Below the pieces are notes generated by a model. The model was not told the DNA's origin. It saw only the letters and a program-made list of their open reading frames with translations, and searched no databases. Both the position numbers and the translations under genes were made by a program. A stretch of DNA of 64,000 bases from a bacterium. Its GTDB lineage: Bacteria > Actinomycetota > UBA4738 > HRBIN12. The stretch's first letter is position 1; each line of letters opens with the position of its first letter. Location of the stretch: NCBI GenBank assembly GCA_046735355.1, contig JBKPTC010000031.1:159-64158 (forward strand). Reading direction: 5' to 3'. Of this stretch, positions 39,750 through 48,422 are shown in pieces.

Positions 39750-39836
39750 GAGGGCCTCCCTTCCCCGCGGGCACCGTAGTTCGGCTTTCTTTCGGGCGCA
39801 ACTCGATGGTCGTTTGGTCGTTCGAGAGAACGCCGG

Positions 39837-41018
39837 CTAGCCGCGCGCCCGCGCGAACTCGCGCAGACGGTCGCCGGCGGCCTCGAGCGTCTCGAGCCTC
39901 TTCGGGAACGCGAACCGGAGGAGCCGGTGGCCGTCCGCCGGGTTCGAGAAGAAGGACGAGCCCGGAACCGTCGCCACGCCGGCGTGCTCGACGAGGTGCA
40001 GGGCGGCCTCCGTGTCGTCCTCGAACCCGAGATGCCCGATCTCTGCCATCACGTAGTACGCGCCCTCGGGTGCACGGGCGTCGAAGCCGACGTCACCGAG
40101 GATCCGAAGCATCGTCTCGCGCCGCCTGGCGTAGTCGATCTTCATGCGGTCGTAATACGTCTGCGGCATCTTCAGGGCGGCGATACCCGCGTGCTGCAAC
40201 GGCGCCGCGGCGGCGACGGTGAGGAAGTCGTGGACCACGCGGATGCCCTGCGTGAGACGAGCGTCCGCGACCGTCCATCCGACGCGCCATCCGGTGACGG
40301 CGTACGTCTTCGAGAGCGCGCTGATCGTGACGGTTCGATCGTGCATGCCGGCGATCGTGGCGATCGGGATGTGCTCGCGATCGTCGAACGTGATGTGTTC
40401 GTAGATCTCGTCGGTGATCGCGATCGCGTCCCACTTGATGCAGAGCCTCGCGATGGCCTCGAGCTCCCCGCGCGTGAACACCTTGCCGGTCGGGTTGTTG
40501 GGCGAGTTGAGGACGATCGCGCGCGTTCGGTCGTTGAACGCCGCCTCCAGCTCGCCCTCGTCGAGGCTCCAGTCGGGCGCGTGGAGTTGCACGATCCTCG
40601 GTGTCGCACCGGTCAGGATCACGTCGGGGCCGTAGTTCTCGTAGAACGGCTCGAGGATCACGATCTCGTCGCCCGGGTCCACGAGGCCGAGCATGGCGGC
40701 GATCATCGCCTCGGTCGAACCGCACGTGACGCAGATGTCCGTCTCGGGATCGACGTCCATCCCGTACCGACGGCGATACGTCTGGGCGAGCGCCTCGCGG
40801 AGCTCCGGCACGCCGAACGTGACGGGGTACTGGTTGTGGTCCTCGTTGATCGCGCGGGCCGCCGCCTCCTTGAGCTCGAACGGCGCCGGGAAGTCGGGAT
40901 AGCCCTGTCCGAGGTTGATGGCGCCGTGCGCGTCGGCCAGACGCGTCATCTCGCGGATCACCGACTCGGTGAAGGAGGCCGCCTTGACGGAGGTCGCACG
41001 CCGGCTCTCGGTGCTCAC
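39837..41018 (-). CDS. PLP-dependent aminotransferase, class I/II. The GTG start is uncertain.
   Basis: INLGQGYPDFPAP...ICVTCGSTEAM...LNSPNNPTGKVF...TISALSKTYAVTGWRVGW. The SxxK lysine is present. Confidence 0.8.
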   Translation of the reverse strand: MSTESRRATSVKAASFTESVIREMTRLADAHGAINLGQGYPDFPAPFELKEAAARAINEDHNQYPVTFGVPELREALAQTYRRRYGMDVDPETDICVTCGSTEAMIAAMLGLVDPGDEIVILEPFYENYGPDVILTGATPRIVQLHAPDWSLDEGELEAAFNDRTRAIVLNSPNNPTGKVFTRGELEAIARLCIKWDAIAITDEIYEHITFDDREHIPIATIAGMHDRTVTISALSKTYAVTGWRVGWTVADARLTQGIRVVHDFLTVAAAAPLQHAGIAALKMPQTYYDRMKIDYARRRETMLRILGDVGFDARAPEGAYYVMAEIGHLGFEDDTEAALHLVEHAGVATVPGSSFFSNPADGHRLLRFAFPKRLETLEAAGDRLREFARARG

Positions 41019-41113
41019 GCCCGAAGGATAGTCGGGGTTCGCGTCCGTATCCCCAGACGCGCTATCGGCCGTCGACCGTGGAAGCGCCCGAACGTCGCAA
41101 CGAGCGTACGAAG

Positions 41114-41767
41114 TCAGCCCGCGCTGACGAACGGGGCCGGATCGAAGATCGCCGTCTGCGCGACGAGATCGCCCGGGCCGCATTCCGCGCTCGAGCCGGT
41201 TTCGCCTATCACGTGGAGGTACAACGTTCGACCCGAGACCGAGAACGAATACGTGATCGTGCAGCCGTAGCCCTTCGCCTGAACGGTATGCGGTCCCGTT
41301 ACGGTGAAGCTCCCGCTCCAGCCCGCCTCCCGCTTGCCCGTGTCGCTCTCCGCCGTCTGGAACCAGAATCCGTCCTGCACCACGAGGCCCTGCCGGATCC
41401 AGCGGTCGAACCTCAGGCCCGGACCGAAGTAGTAGCGAGCCGCCTGCCGACGCGAGAAGCCGGCCTCGCGCAACGTCGACTCGATCGTCGAGCGCGTGAT
41501 CGGATGTGTCCAGTAGACGCCGTCCGGGATCGTCGCGACGGCCTCGCGCGACGGCGTTGGTCCCGTCGCCGCGGCCGACCGCCCGCGAGGCAGCGCGGAC
41601 AACCCGGCGGCTAGGCCGCCGATGCCGACGGCGAGCGCGACGACCGCCGTTCCGATCCGGCGGCGCGCGCGACGGCGCGTCCCCCGGTCGAGCGTCCGTT
41701 GGAGCGCGTCGGGCGGAAGCTCGAAGTGCTCGGAGCGCCGTTCGAGCCGCTCGCGCAGATCACTCAT
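41114..41767 (-). CDS. Putative anti-sigma factor (single TM, extracytoplasmic C-terminal domain).
   Basis: ATG 41767 is coupled to the sigma gene stop (atgagtga). MSDLRERLERRSEHFELPPDALQR, then TM segment IGTAVVALAVGIGGLAAGL. Confidence 0.5.
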   Translation of the reverse strand: MSDLRERLERRSEHFELPPDALQRTLDRGTRRRARRRIGTAVVALAVGIGGLAAGLSALPRGRSAAATGPTPSREAVATIPDGVYWTHPITRSTIESTLREAGFSRRQAARYYFGPGLRFDRWIRQGLVVQDGFWFQTAESDTGKREAGWSGSFTVTGPHTVQAKGYGCTITYSFSVSGRTLYLHVIGETGSSAECGPGDLVAQTAIFDPAPFVSAG

Positions 41768-42246
41768 CGATCGATCCGATCGTCTCGCGCATCGCCGCGC
41801 GCGCCTGCGACGCAAGCACGCGAACGGTGACGTCCCGGATGCCCATCATCGAAGCGGCCTCGCCCGACGTGCAGCCGAGGACGTCGAGGAGGACGAGCGC
41901 GGCTCGTTGCCGAGGCGTCAGATCGGCCAGCGCGCGGTCGATCGAATATCGGTCATCGACGACACCGAACGCGTCGGGCGAGAACTCGCTCGACGTCGAT
42001 GCGAGGCCCGCGACGGCACGGAAGTGGCGTGCGAGCTTCCGCGTCCTCTTCTTCCACCGGTTGAACGCCGCTCGATACAGATAGCCGACGGGATCGTCCA
42101 TCACGGAGACGCGGTCCCAGCGCTCTAGGAGCGCGAGGAACGCGTCCTGGACCATCTCCTCGGCCTCCTGCCGGTTGCCCGTGATGACGCACATGCGACG
42201 GTACAGGGTGGGCGCGTGGTCCTCGAAGAACGTCTCGAACGCCATC
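41760..42246 (-). CDS. ECF sigma-70 family sigma factor, paralogous to 11875-12399.
   Basis: FETFFEDHAPTLYRRMCVITGNRQEAEEMVQDAFLALLERW matches region 2. LTPRQRAALVLLDVLGCTSGEAASMMGIRDVTVRVLASQAR matches region 4. Confidence 0.75.
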
Positions 42247-42310
42247 ACAGACGCGCCGTCGGTCGCGCGGTCGCGCGTCGCGGCGACGAGCCTCAGGCGG
42301 GCCGACATCC

Positions 42311-42340
42311 AGTAGAGAACCCCCCTCGAGGTGGAACCGT
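42311..42340 (-). promoter_or_regulatory. Candidate ECF-type promoter (GGTTCC-N15-CTCTAC) upstream of the second ECF sigma gene.
   Basis: Minus-strand reading cGGTTCCacctcgaggggggttCTCTACtgg. The same -10-like hexamer and spacing occur at 12431-12460. Confidence 0.3.
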
Positions 42341-42455
42341 TTAGCCGGCGGCCCGAAGATCCAGAACATCGCGCCAACCCCGCGGATCGCTAAACGGATG
42401 AGCCACGGCGAGCCTTCTCCTCCCATCGGCATTCGAATCGAAGGAGGCGCTCATC

Positions 42456-42956
42456 ATGACACATCGGATCCGGATCGCGTTGACCGTCCGTCTCGCCGCC
42501 GGGGCCGCGATCGTGGGGGTGCTCGCATCGATCTTCGTCGCGCAGCCGGCGTTCGCGTCCACCGTCGTGCCGGTGCAGATGACGTTCACGGAGCAGGAGT
42601 TCTCGCCGAACTGCTCGCTTCCGGATGGCTTCTGCGGAACGGGCGTCGTGCTGCCGTACGGGAAGGTGACGGAGACGATCCGCTTCGAGGCAGGGTGCGG
42701 CGGTGGATGTGATCTTCGAACGATCTATCTCCCCGGCGGCTCGATTGTCGTCAACGAGCCGTTCAACACGGCGGTGTGCCCGGGAACGTGCGCTCCGGCG
42801 GGTCGTGGAGAGCCCGTCTACGCGGCTCTGTCCGACACGATCATCGCCGGGACTGGCGTCTTCGGGGGCGCGAGCGGGCATCTCGACGGTTCGGTGCGCG
42901 CGTCCGGCGACGCAAGTCTGATCCAGCTATCGGGATCGATCGTGCTGACCGGCTGA
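42456..42956 (+). CDS. Secreted cysteine-rich hypothetical protein.
   Basis: Strong RBS gaaggagg before ATG 42456. Signal peptide MTHRIRIALTVRLAAGAAIVGVLASIFVAQPAFAS. Eight Cys in the mature part. Divergent from the ECF sigma gene. Confidence 0.65.
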   Translation: MTHRIRIALTVRLAAGAAIVGVLASIFVAQPAFASTVVPVQMTFTEQEFSPNCSLPDGFCGTGVVLPYGKVTETIRFEAGCGGGCDLRTIYLPGGSIVVNEPFNTAVCPGTCAPAGRGEPVYAALSDTIIAGTGVFGGASGHLDGSVRASGDASLIQLSGSIVLTG

Positions 42957-43167
42957 GGGATCAGGCGTCGGAAGCGCCGCTTCTTTGAACCCTCGACGAC
43001 CTCGATCAGCTCGACGATGCTGTCGTTGAACGCGTCGAGCTCCTCGGCCGGGATCCAGTACTCGACGGTGCTCGGACGAGCCGACCTGATGCGTCCGTAG
43101 CGGCGAAGGTGGGCGTCGAGCACATCGAACCTCGTGACATAGCCGTCGAAATCGGACGCGTCGCGCG

Positions 43168-43680
43168 TTGCAGTCTCTGGCGATCCTCGCCGCGTACGCC
43201 TGGGGAACCCGATTGGCCGCGATCTTCGACTGGGAGAGCGTGAAGCGCGCGATCTTCGACTGGGAGAGCGTGAAGCGGTGCCCCGAGGCGGCGCTCGTCG
43301 GCATGGCGGCCGCGGTTTTCTCGGCCGTTTGGAGCGGTCACGACCCGTATCCAACGCCCGAGGAGTCGCGTTCGTTCGTCGAGGACTACGCGAATGCACG
43401 AGGCGTTCCCATGGGCGCCGACGAACGATCCCTCGTCGATGCCGCGTACTCGTACGCCGTCGCGTACGGCGCGCGCTGCGAGTACTCGGACGAAGCGCTC
43501 GGGATCTTCGGCGACGCAGCGGCACCGAGCGGTCGGCAGACTCTTCTGCGCCGTCGGCTCCTTACCAGTTTCGATGTGGCTGGTAGAACCGGAGCCCGAC
43601 TCAACCAGGTCTGCGACGTCCAGTTAACGGCCCGACGCTCCAGCCGACGCCGGCGCCGCATAGGTGCGGTCCAGCGATGA
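43168..43680 (+). CDS. Hypothetical protein containing an in-frame 10-aa tandem duplication (AIFDWESVKR x2). Coding status uncertain.
   Basis: High GC3 in the first two thirds. ERSLVDAAYSYAVAYGARCEYSDEALGIFGDAA is protein-like. The opposite strand at 42960-43175 is also coding-like, so the call is ambiguous. Confidence 0.3.
   Translation: MQSLAILAAYAWGTRLAAIFDWESVKRAIFDWESVKRCPEAALVGMAAAVFSAVWSGHDPYPTPEESRSFVEDYANARGVPMGADERSLVDAAYSYAVAYGARCEYSDEALGIFGDAAAPSGRQTLLRRRLLTSFDVAGRTGARLNQVCDVQLTARRSSRRRRRIGAVQR
43219..43278. repeat. Tandem duplication of a 30-bp unit (59/60 identical).
   Basis: gcgatcttcgactgggagagcgtgaagcgc at 43219-43248, then gcgatcttcgactgggagagcgtgaagcgg at 43249-43278. Confidence 0.9.
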
Positions 43681-43710
43681 GTCGGGGCGGACGTTCGGCG
43701 CCGCGGTTGG

Positions 43711-44556
43711 TTAACTGCGGTCGAGCGGCCGGGTGAGGCAGGTCGGGCCCCCGTCGCCCTTGCGTGAGATCTCGTCGCCCTCATACGTCCGGACGTCGAC
43801 GCCCGCGGCTTCCATCCGGCGGCGCGTCTCGTCGTTGCCCTCGAGCGCGAGGGCGACGCGCGGACCGAGCGCGAGCACGTTCGGCCCCATCGTCTCGAAC
43901 TCGTCCGTCGGCACCTCGACGATCCCGATGCTGCGCACGCGGAGGAGCTCGACGAGATGGCTCGGCATCAGCGGGGGATAGCCGACGACGAGGTCGACGT
44001 CGAGCGGGCTCAGCAGCGACAGGAGATGGAGGCATTCGCCGGGCCCGTTCAGATGCGGAAGGTCGAACGCGACAACGTCCGTGTCGGGAAGGAGCGATCG
44101 GAGACCTGCGATCCCCGCGTCGTTCGTTCGATACGAGCGGCCGACGACGAGCGTTCGCTCGTCGAGCCAGAACATGTCGCCGCCCTCGGCGGTAGCCGGC
44201 TCCTCGAGCCGCCCGACCACCGCAACGCCCGCGTCGGACAGGTCCTCGGCGAGGGCGGCGGGCTCCTCGCGGCGGCCGGGCTTGCCGGGGCGGAGCAGGA
44301 TCGCGCCGCGATCCGTCATCAGGACCGGGTCGTACGCGTAGATCGCGTCGGGATCACCCTCGACCGGCGTGGTGCCGACGACGACCTCGGCGCCCGCGAC
44401 CTCGAGCTCGGCTCGGAACGCCTCGTGTTCTGCCGCGGCGCGCATCGGATCGGGCTCGGCTCGCCATCCGTAGTCGCGCCACGCGAGGTGGTCGTTTGGT
44501 TGCGGCGCGCGGACGAGCACGCGCTTGAGCGTCCCGGTCTGATCTTGTGCGGCCAC
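43711..44556 (-). CDS. Amidinotransferase-superfamily enzyme (DDAH / arginine deiminase-like).
   Basis: C-terminal catalytic motif GGPTCLTRPL (Cys nucleophile), preceded by the family His/Asp positions (FDLPHLNGPGECLHLLSLLSPLD). Confidence 0.75.
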   Translation of the reverse strand: MAAQDQTGTLKRVLVRAPQPNDHLAWRDYGWRAEPDPMRAAAEHEAFRAELEVAGAEVVVGTTPVEGDPDAIYAYDPVLMTDRGAILLRPGKPGRREEPAALAEDLSDAGVAVVGRLEEPATAEGGDMFWLDERTLVVGRSYRTNDAGIAGLRSLLPDTDVVAFDLPHLNGPGECLHLLSLLSPLDVDLVVGYPPLMPSHLVELLRVRSIGIVEVPTDEFETMGPNVLALGPRVALALEGNDETRRRMEAAGVDVRTYEGDEISRKGDGGPTCLTRPLDRS

Positions 44557-44581
44557 GCGCGCAGGCTACCGGACGACGTCG

Positions 44582-44965
44582 CTACCGGTTCCGGAGCGCC
44601 GGCGCCGCCATCGCGAAGTACTCGAGGAGCTCGCCCTTGTACGGCTCCGGCGGATCGAGCTCGTCGACCGCCTCGCGCATCTGCGCGAGCCATCGGCCGG
44701 CGACGTCCTCGTTGATCCCGAACGGCGCGTGTCGCATCCGGAGCGCGGGATGCCCGCGTTCCTCGTGGTACGTGCTCCGGCCGCCCCAATACTGAGCGAG
44801 GAACAACGTGAGCTTTCGGCGCGCGTCGGACAGGTCGTTCGGATCGGGATACGTGGCGAGCAGGACGTCGTCCCGCTCGACGCCGGCGTAGAAGCGTTCG
44901 ACGAGCCGTTCGAAGAACGGCATGCCGCCGACGGCGTCGTACAGCGTTTCCGGAGCGTCGCGCAC
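44582..44965 (-). CDS. Truncated (2/2) haemoglobin, group II-like.
   Basis: TLYDAVGGMPFFERLVERFYAGVERDDVLLATYP...RKLTLFLAQYWGGRSTYHEERGHPALRMRHAPFGI shows the trHb signature with the proximal His. Confidence 0.85.
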   Translation of the reverse strand: MRDAPETLYDAVGGMPFFERLVERFYAGVERDDVLLATYPDPNDLSDARRKLTLFLAQYWGGRSTYHEERGHPALRMRHAPFGINEDVAGRWLAQMREAVDELDPPEPYKGELLEYFAMAAPALRNR

Positions 44966-45004
44966 GGATCGAGTGTAGAAGCCGAGGGCAGCGTGTCGGC
45001 CGAC

Positions 45005-45945
45005 TCACCTCGAGACGACGGGAGCCTCCCGCGGTTCCGAGGACGGGCGTCCGATGCGCGGCCATCCGTCCCGCCACTCGACCGGATCGAGCAGCATGAC
45101 GCGCGGGCCGAGCCGCCTCGAGCGCATCGCGTGGTAAAGCATCCAGTCGGTGCCCGCGTCGTCGCGGACGATCGCGCAGTGGCCGGGCGCGATCCACCGA
45201 CCGTCCGTCGATTCGAGGATCGGGTTTCCGGCGAACCGTTCGAAGTCCTCGAGCGGCGACGCGGCGCGGGACACCGCGACGGCGTAGTGCGGGTCGGCGT
45301 ACATGCAACACACGTCGCCGGAGGTGAACAGGTAGATCCGGCCGTCGCGCTCGAGCATCCAGGGGCCCTCGACCACGCTGTCGTAGCCCGTGCCCTCCTC
45401 GCCGATCGGGAGCAGCACCGCGCGACCGTCGCCGGCGGGGCGCACCCCGTCTCGATCGATCGGCGCGACCTTGACCTGGTTCTCCTCGCTCCAGACGAAG
45501 AACCGCTCGCCGCGCGCACGCGTGAGCACGTTGGCGTCGATGCGTTCGTGCTCGCCGTCGATCAGGTGAGCCGGCTCGGGCTCGAACGGTCCCTCCGGTC
45601 GATCGGCGACGGCGAGGCCGAGCTGCATCTTTTGCGTGGCTCGATCCTCGATCGACAGATACAGCACGTATCGGCCGCGGACGAGCTCGATGTGCGGCGC
45701 CCACGACGCTCGTCTGCCCCACGGCGGCAGTCGCGGAAGTGCGTCGCCGACGAACGTCCACTCGACGAGGTTCTCGGAGCGAAGGACGGGCACCCAGACG
45801 CGGCGCCGGCGGTAGTACGTCATCGTCGTGTAGCACCAGAACACGCCGTTCGGATCGCGGACCACGGACGGGTCGGGTGCTACGTGGTCGAAGACCGGGT
45901 TCGTGTACGTTCGCCCGCCTCGCGCCGAAGCCGCGACTACTGGTT
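45005..45945 (-). CDS. Glycoside hydrolase family 43. No canonical start codon sits upstream of the conserved N-terminus.
   Basis: TYTNPVFDHVAPDPSVVRDPNGVFWCYTT...SENLVEWTFVGDAL...WAPHIELVRGRYVLYLS...SVVEGPWMLERDGRIYLFTS. The in-frame region upstream of NPVF has no ATG, GTG or TTG before the upstream gene's stop. Confidence 0.65.
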
Positions 45946-47079
45946 CGAGCTCCAGCGGAGCAGTGCGCCGACGCCGTCCGTGAGACCGGTCCCGGCGGGC
46001 ACCAGCCGGATGCCGGCCGCCGTGCCGATCGCCGCGCGGATCACCGCGTCGATGCGACGGACCTCGATCGGCCGCTCGACGCCGAGCGCCTCGAGGTCCT
46101 CGCGCCGAGCCGCGACGGGTACGGCCTCGGACCCGACCCACACGGTCGCGCCGTCCTCGAGGTCCTCGTGCAGCAGGAGCACCGCGACCTGCGACGACGA
46201 CAGCGCGGTCAGCATCGCGTCCGCGCCCTCGGTCGCCAGGTCGCGCTGCCCGCTCTCCTCGCGGAACCGCTCGACGATCGCGCGCGTCTCGCCCTCGACG
46301 AACCGGTCGAGGACCTCCTGGGCCTCGGCCGGCATCATCGGCCCCGAGCCCTCCCACGGGCGCTCGCCGGGAACGATCTCGACCGGCAGATCGAACTCGG
46401 ACGGCCACGAGTCCTGGATCAGCGTCACGGCGCGGACGTCGCCGGCGAGCATCACGAGACGCGCCTCGATCCGACCGGCGAGCCGCGCGATCGCCTGCGC
46501 AACGTCCTGCGCGTTCTCCTGCCACGTGTTCTCGGCGCGTTCCTGGTACCGGCGCTGCGACCAGCCGCCCGGCCCGACCTTGCTGATCGTCGAGTCGTCG
46601 CCCTTCACCTCGCGCTCGACGTCAGGCGTGTCCTCTCCCGCGCGCTCGAAGCCGTACAGGGTCGCTCCGGTTCGATCGGCGAGCGCGACGACGAACGGGA
46701 CCGACGTCTGCCGCCATCGCAACACCTGCTCCAGACGAGGGAGCGGCTCCCAGAACGCCTCATCGGTCGGTCCGGGGAGCGAGCCGTGCTCGACGTGCCG
46801 GACCCCCGAGGCGTCGGCGATCACCACGAGGCCGTCGCCGGACAGATGGGCATCCGGGATGACCGGGTCGACCGCGGCGAGCACGTCCTCGGGGACGTCG
46901 CAGTTGTCGGCGAGGTCCGAGCGCAGCGTGCGCCATCGCTGGTCGCTCCGCTGTTGGGCGTTCTCGATGCCGCTCTCGGTCGTCATCACGACGGTGAGGA
47001 ACGGACCCTCGCCCGAGGCGAGGTCCGACAGATCGGCCGGCGCGACGGCGCCGGCGGGCAGAGCTTCGGAGGTCTCCAT
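45937..47079 (-). CDS. Bacterial eRF1/Pelota-like (release-factor-like) domain protein, with GGW in place of the GGQ motif.
   Basis: N-terminal GPFLTVVMTTESGIENAQQR. Central SKVGPGGWSQRRYQERAEN aligns with eRF1 domain-2 HGRGGQSALRFARLR. Divergent from the MFS gene. Confidence 0.6.
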   Translation of the reverse strand: METSEALPAGAVAPADLSDLASGEGPFLTVVMTTESGIENAQQRSDQRWRTLRSDLADNCDVPEDVLAAVDPVIPDAHLSGDGLVVIADASGVRHVEHGSLPGPTDEAFWEPLPRLEQVLRWRQTSVPFVVALADRTGATLYGFERAGEDTPDVEREVKGDDSTISKVGPGGWSQRRYQERAENTWQENAQDVAQAIARLAGRIEARLVMLAGDVRAVTLIQDSWPSEFDLPVEIVPGERPWEGSGPMMPAEAQEVLDRFVEGETRAIVERFREESGQRDLATEGADAMLTALSSSQVAVLLLHEDLEDGATVWVGSEAVPVAARREDLEALGVERPIEVRRIDAVIRAAIGTAAGIRLVPAGTGLTDGVGALLRWSSNQ

Positions 47080-47192
47080 GCGGCACCCGTTCCCGAAGAG
47101 GGCCGCGGCGAACCGCGCCTCGCGTGCGACGGGCCACGATCGCATGGGTCGTCCGACCGCGCGCAGCGCGACGCGGCTGCGATGCTGTCGCT

Positions 47193-48407
47193 ATGGCGAC
47201 GACCGGCGAGCCCGCGCGACACGCCGGCGATCCCGCCGCCGGGCTGGCGGGCGATCCTGCGCTCCGGTGGCTGTATGTCCTCCAGGGCCTCGAGGGCGCG
47301 GCGTTCATCCCGTTCTACGTGCTCTTACTCCGCGATCGAGGGCTCCCGGCCGACCGCATCGGCCTCGTGCTCGCGGTGACGTCGCTCGCCGGCGTCGCGG
47401 CGACGCCGTTCTGGAGCCACGCGGCCGACATGCGCCTCGGCAGCGTGCACACGCTCCAGCTCGCCTGCACGATCGCGTGCGTCGGCGGGCTGGCGCTCAT
47501 GACGACCGGCTCGAGCCCGCTCGCGATCGGGGCGGTCGCCGTCGTGCTCGGCGCTGCGCAGGGACCGCAGACAGCCATCACCGACGCGCTGGCGCTCACC
47601 GAGCTCGGTCCGGCGCGTCTGATCGAGTACGGGACGTTCCGCGTCTGGGCGAGCGTCGGCTGGGGGATCGGCGCGGTCGGCTTCGGTGCCCTGTTCGCGG
47701 CGGCCGGGCTCGGCGTCCTGCTCCCGGTGTACGCGGTCGCGCTCGGGGTGTTCGCGCTGTTCGTCGCCCGCTTCCCGAGCCGTCACGCCGCCGGGGCGGC
47801 TTCGAGCGGCCGCTTCGGCGCGGTCGGCGACGCGTTCGGCTCGGCGCGCGTCCCGGTGTTCCTCCTCGGCGTGCTGGTGCTCGCGACGTCGACGCACGCG
47901 GCGTGGGACTTCGTGCCGCTCCGGATCGTCTCGGGCGGCGGCGGTCCGTTCCTCGTCGGCGTCTCGAGCGGCGTGAGCGCGTTCGTCGAGATCCCGTTCA
48001 TGCGGTCGACGCCGAGCCTGGTGGAGCGGTTCGGGCTCGAGCGGGTGTTCCTCGCCGGCGCGATCGTGTACGCCGCCGCCTCGGTCGCGTGGTCGCTCAC
48101 GGCCAACGCGGTCGTCGTGACGGTGATCCGCATCGCGATCGGCGTCGGGTTCGGGCTGGTGTATCCGTCGCTCGTGGTGATCACCGGGCGCCTCGTCCCG
48201 GCGCGCGTCCGCAACAGCGGTCAGGCGTTGCTGGCGATCTGCTCGTTCGGGCTGGCGCCCGTGATCGGCGGCGCGGTCGGGGGGTTCGTGTACCAACACG
48301 TCGGACCGGCGCAGCTGTTCGCCGGCTCGGCGGTCGGCATCGCGGCCGGCGCCGCCGTCGTGTGGAGCGTCGCCCGAGGACCCGAGGTGCGTTCGGATTC
48401 CGACTGA
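47193..48407 (+). CDS. MFS transporter.
   Basis: 12 predicted TM segments, two 6-TM halves. The exact start is uncertain (47124 or 47193). Confidence 0.8.
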   Translation: MATTGEPARHAGDPAAGLAGDPALRWLYVLQGLEGAAFIPFYVLLLRDRGLPADRIGLVLAVTSLAGVAATPFWSHAADMRLGSVHTLQLACTIACVGGLALMTTGSSPLAIGAVAVVLGAAQGPQTAITDALALTELGPARLIEYGTFRVWASVGWGIGAVGFGALFAAAGLGVLLPVYAVALGVFALFVARFPSRHAAGAASSGRFGAVGDAFGSARVPVFLLGVLVLATSTHAAWDFVPLRIVSGGGGPFLVGVSSGVSAFVEIPFMRSTPSLVERFGLERVFLAGAIVYAAASVAWSLTANAVVVTVIRIAIGVGFGLVYPSLVVITGRLVPARVRNSGQALLAICSFGLAPVIGGAVGGFVYQHVGPAQLFAGSAVGIAAGAAVVWSVARGPEVRSDSD

Positions 48408-48422
48408 TCGCGGCCGGGTGGA

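Noticed and set aside
42818-43525. 235-aa minus ORF containing SRASRSPSRR x2
   Set aside because: The N-terminal two thirds are R-rich junk created by the tandem repeat read antisense. Only a roughly 65-aa internal stretch is protein-like, with no start, and it would overlap the secreted-protein gene.
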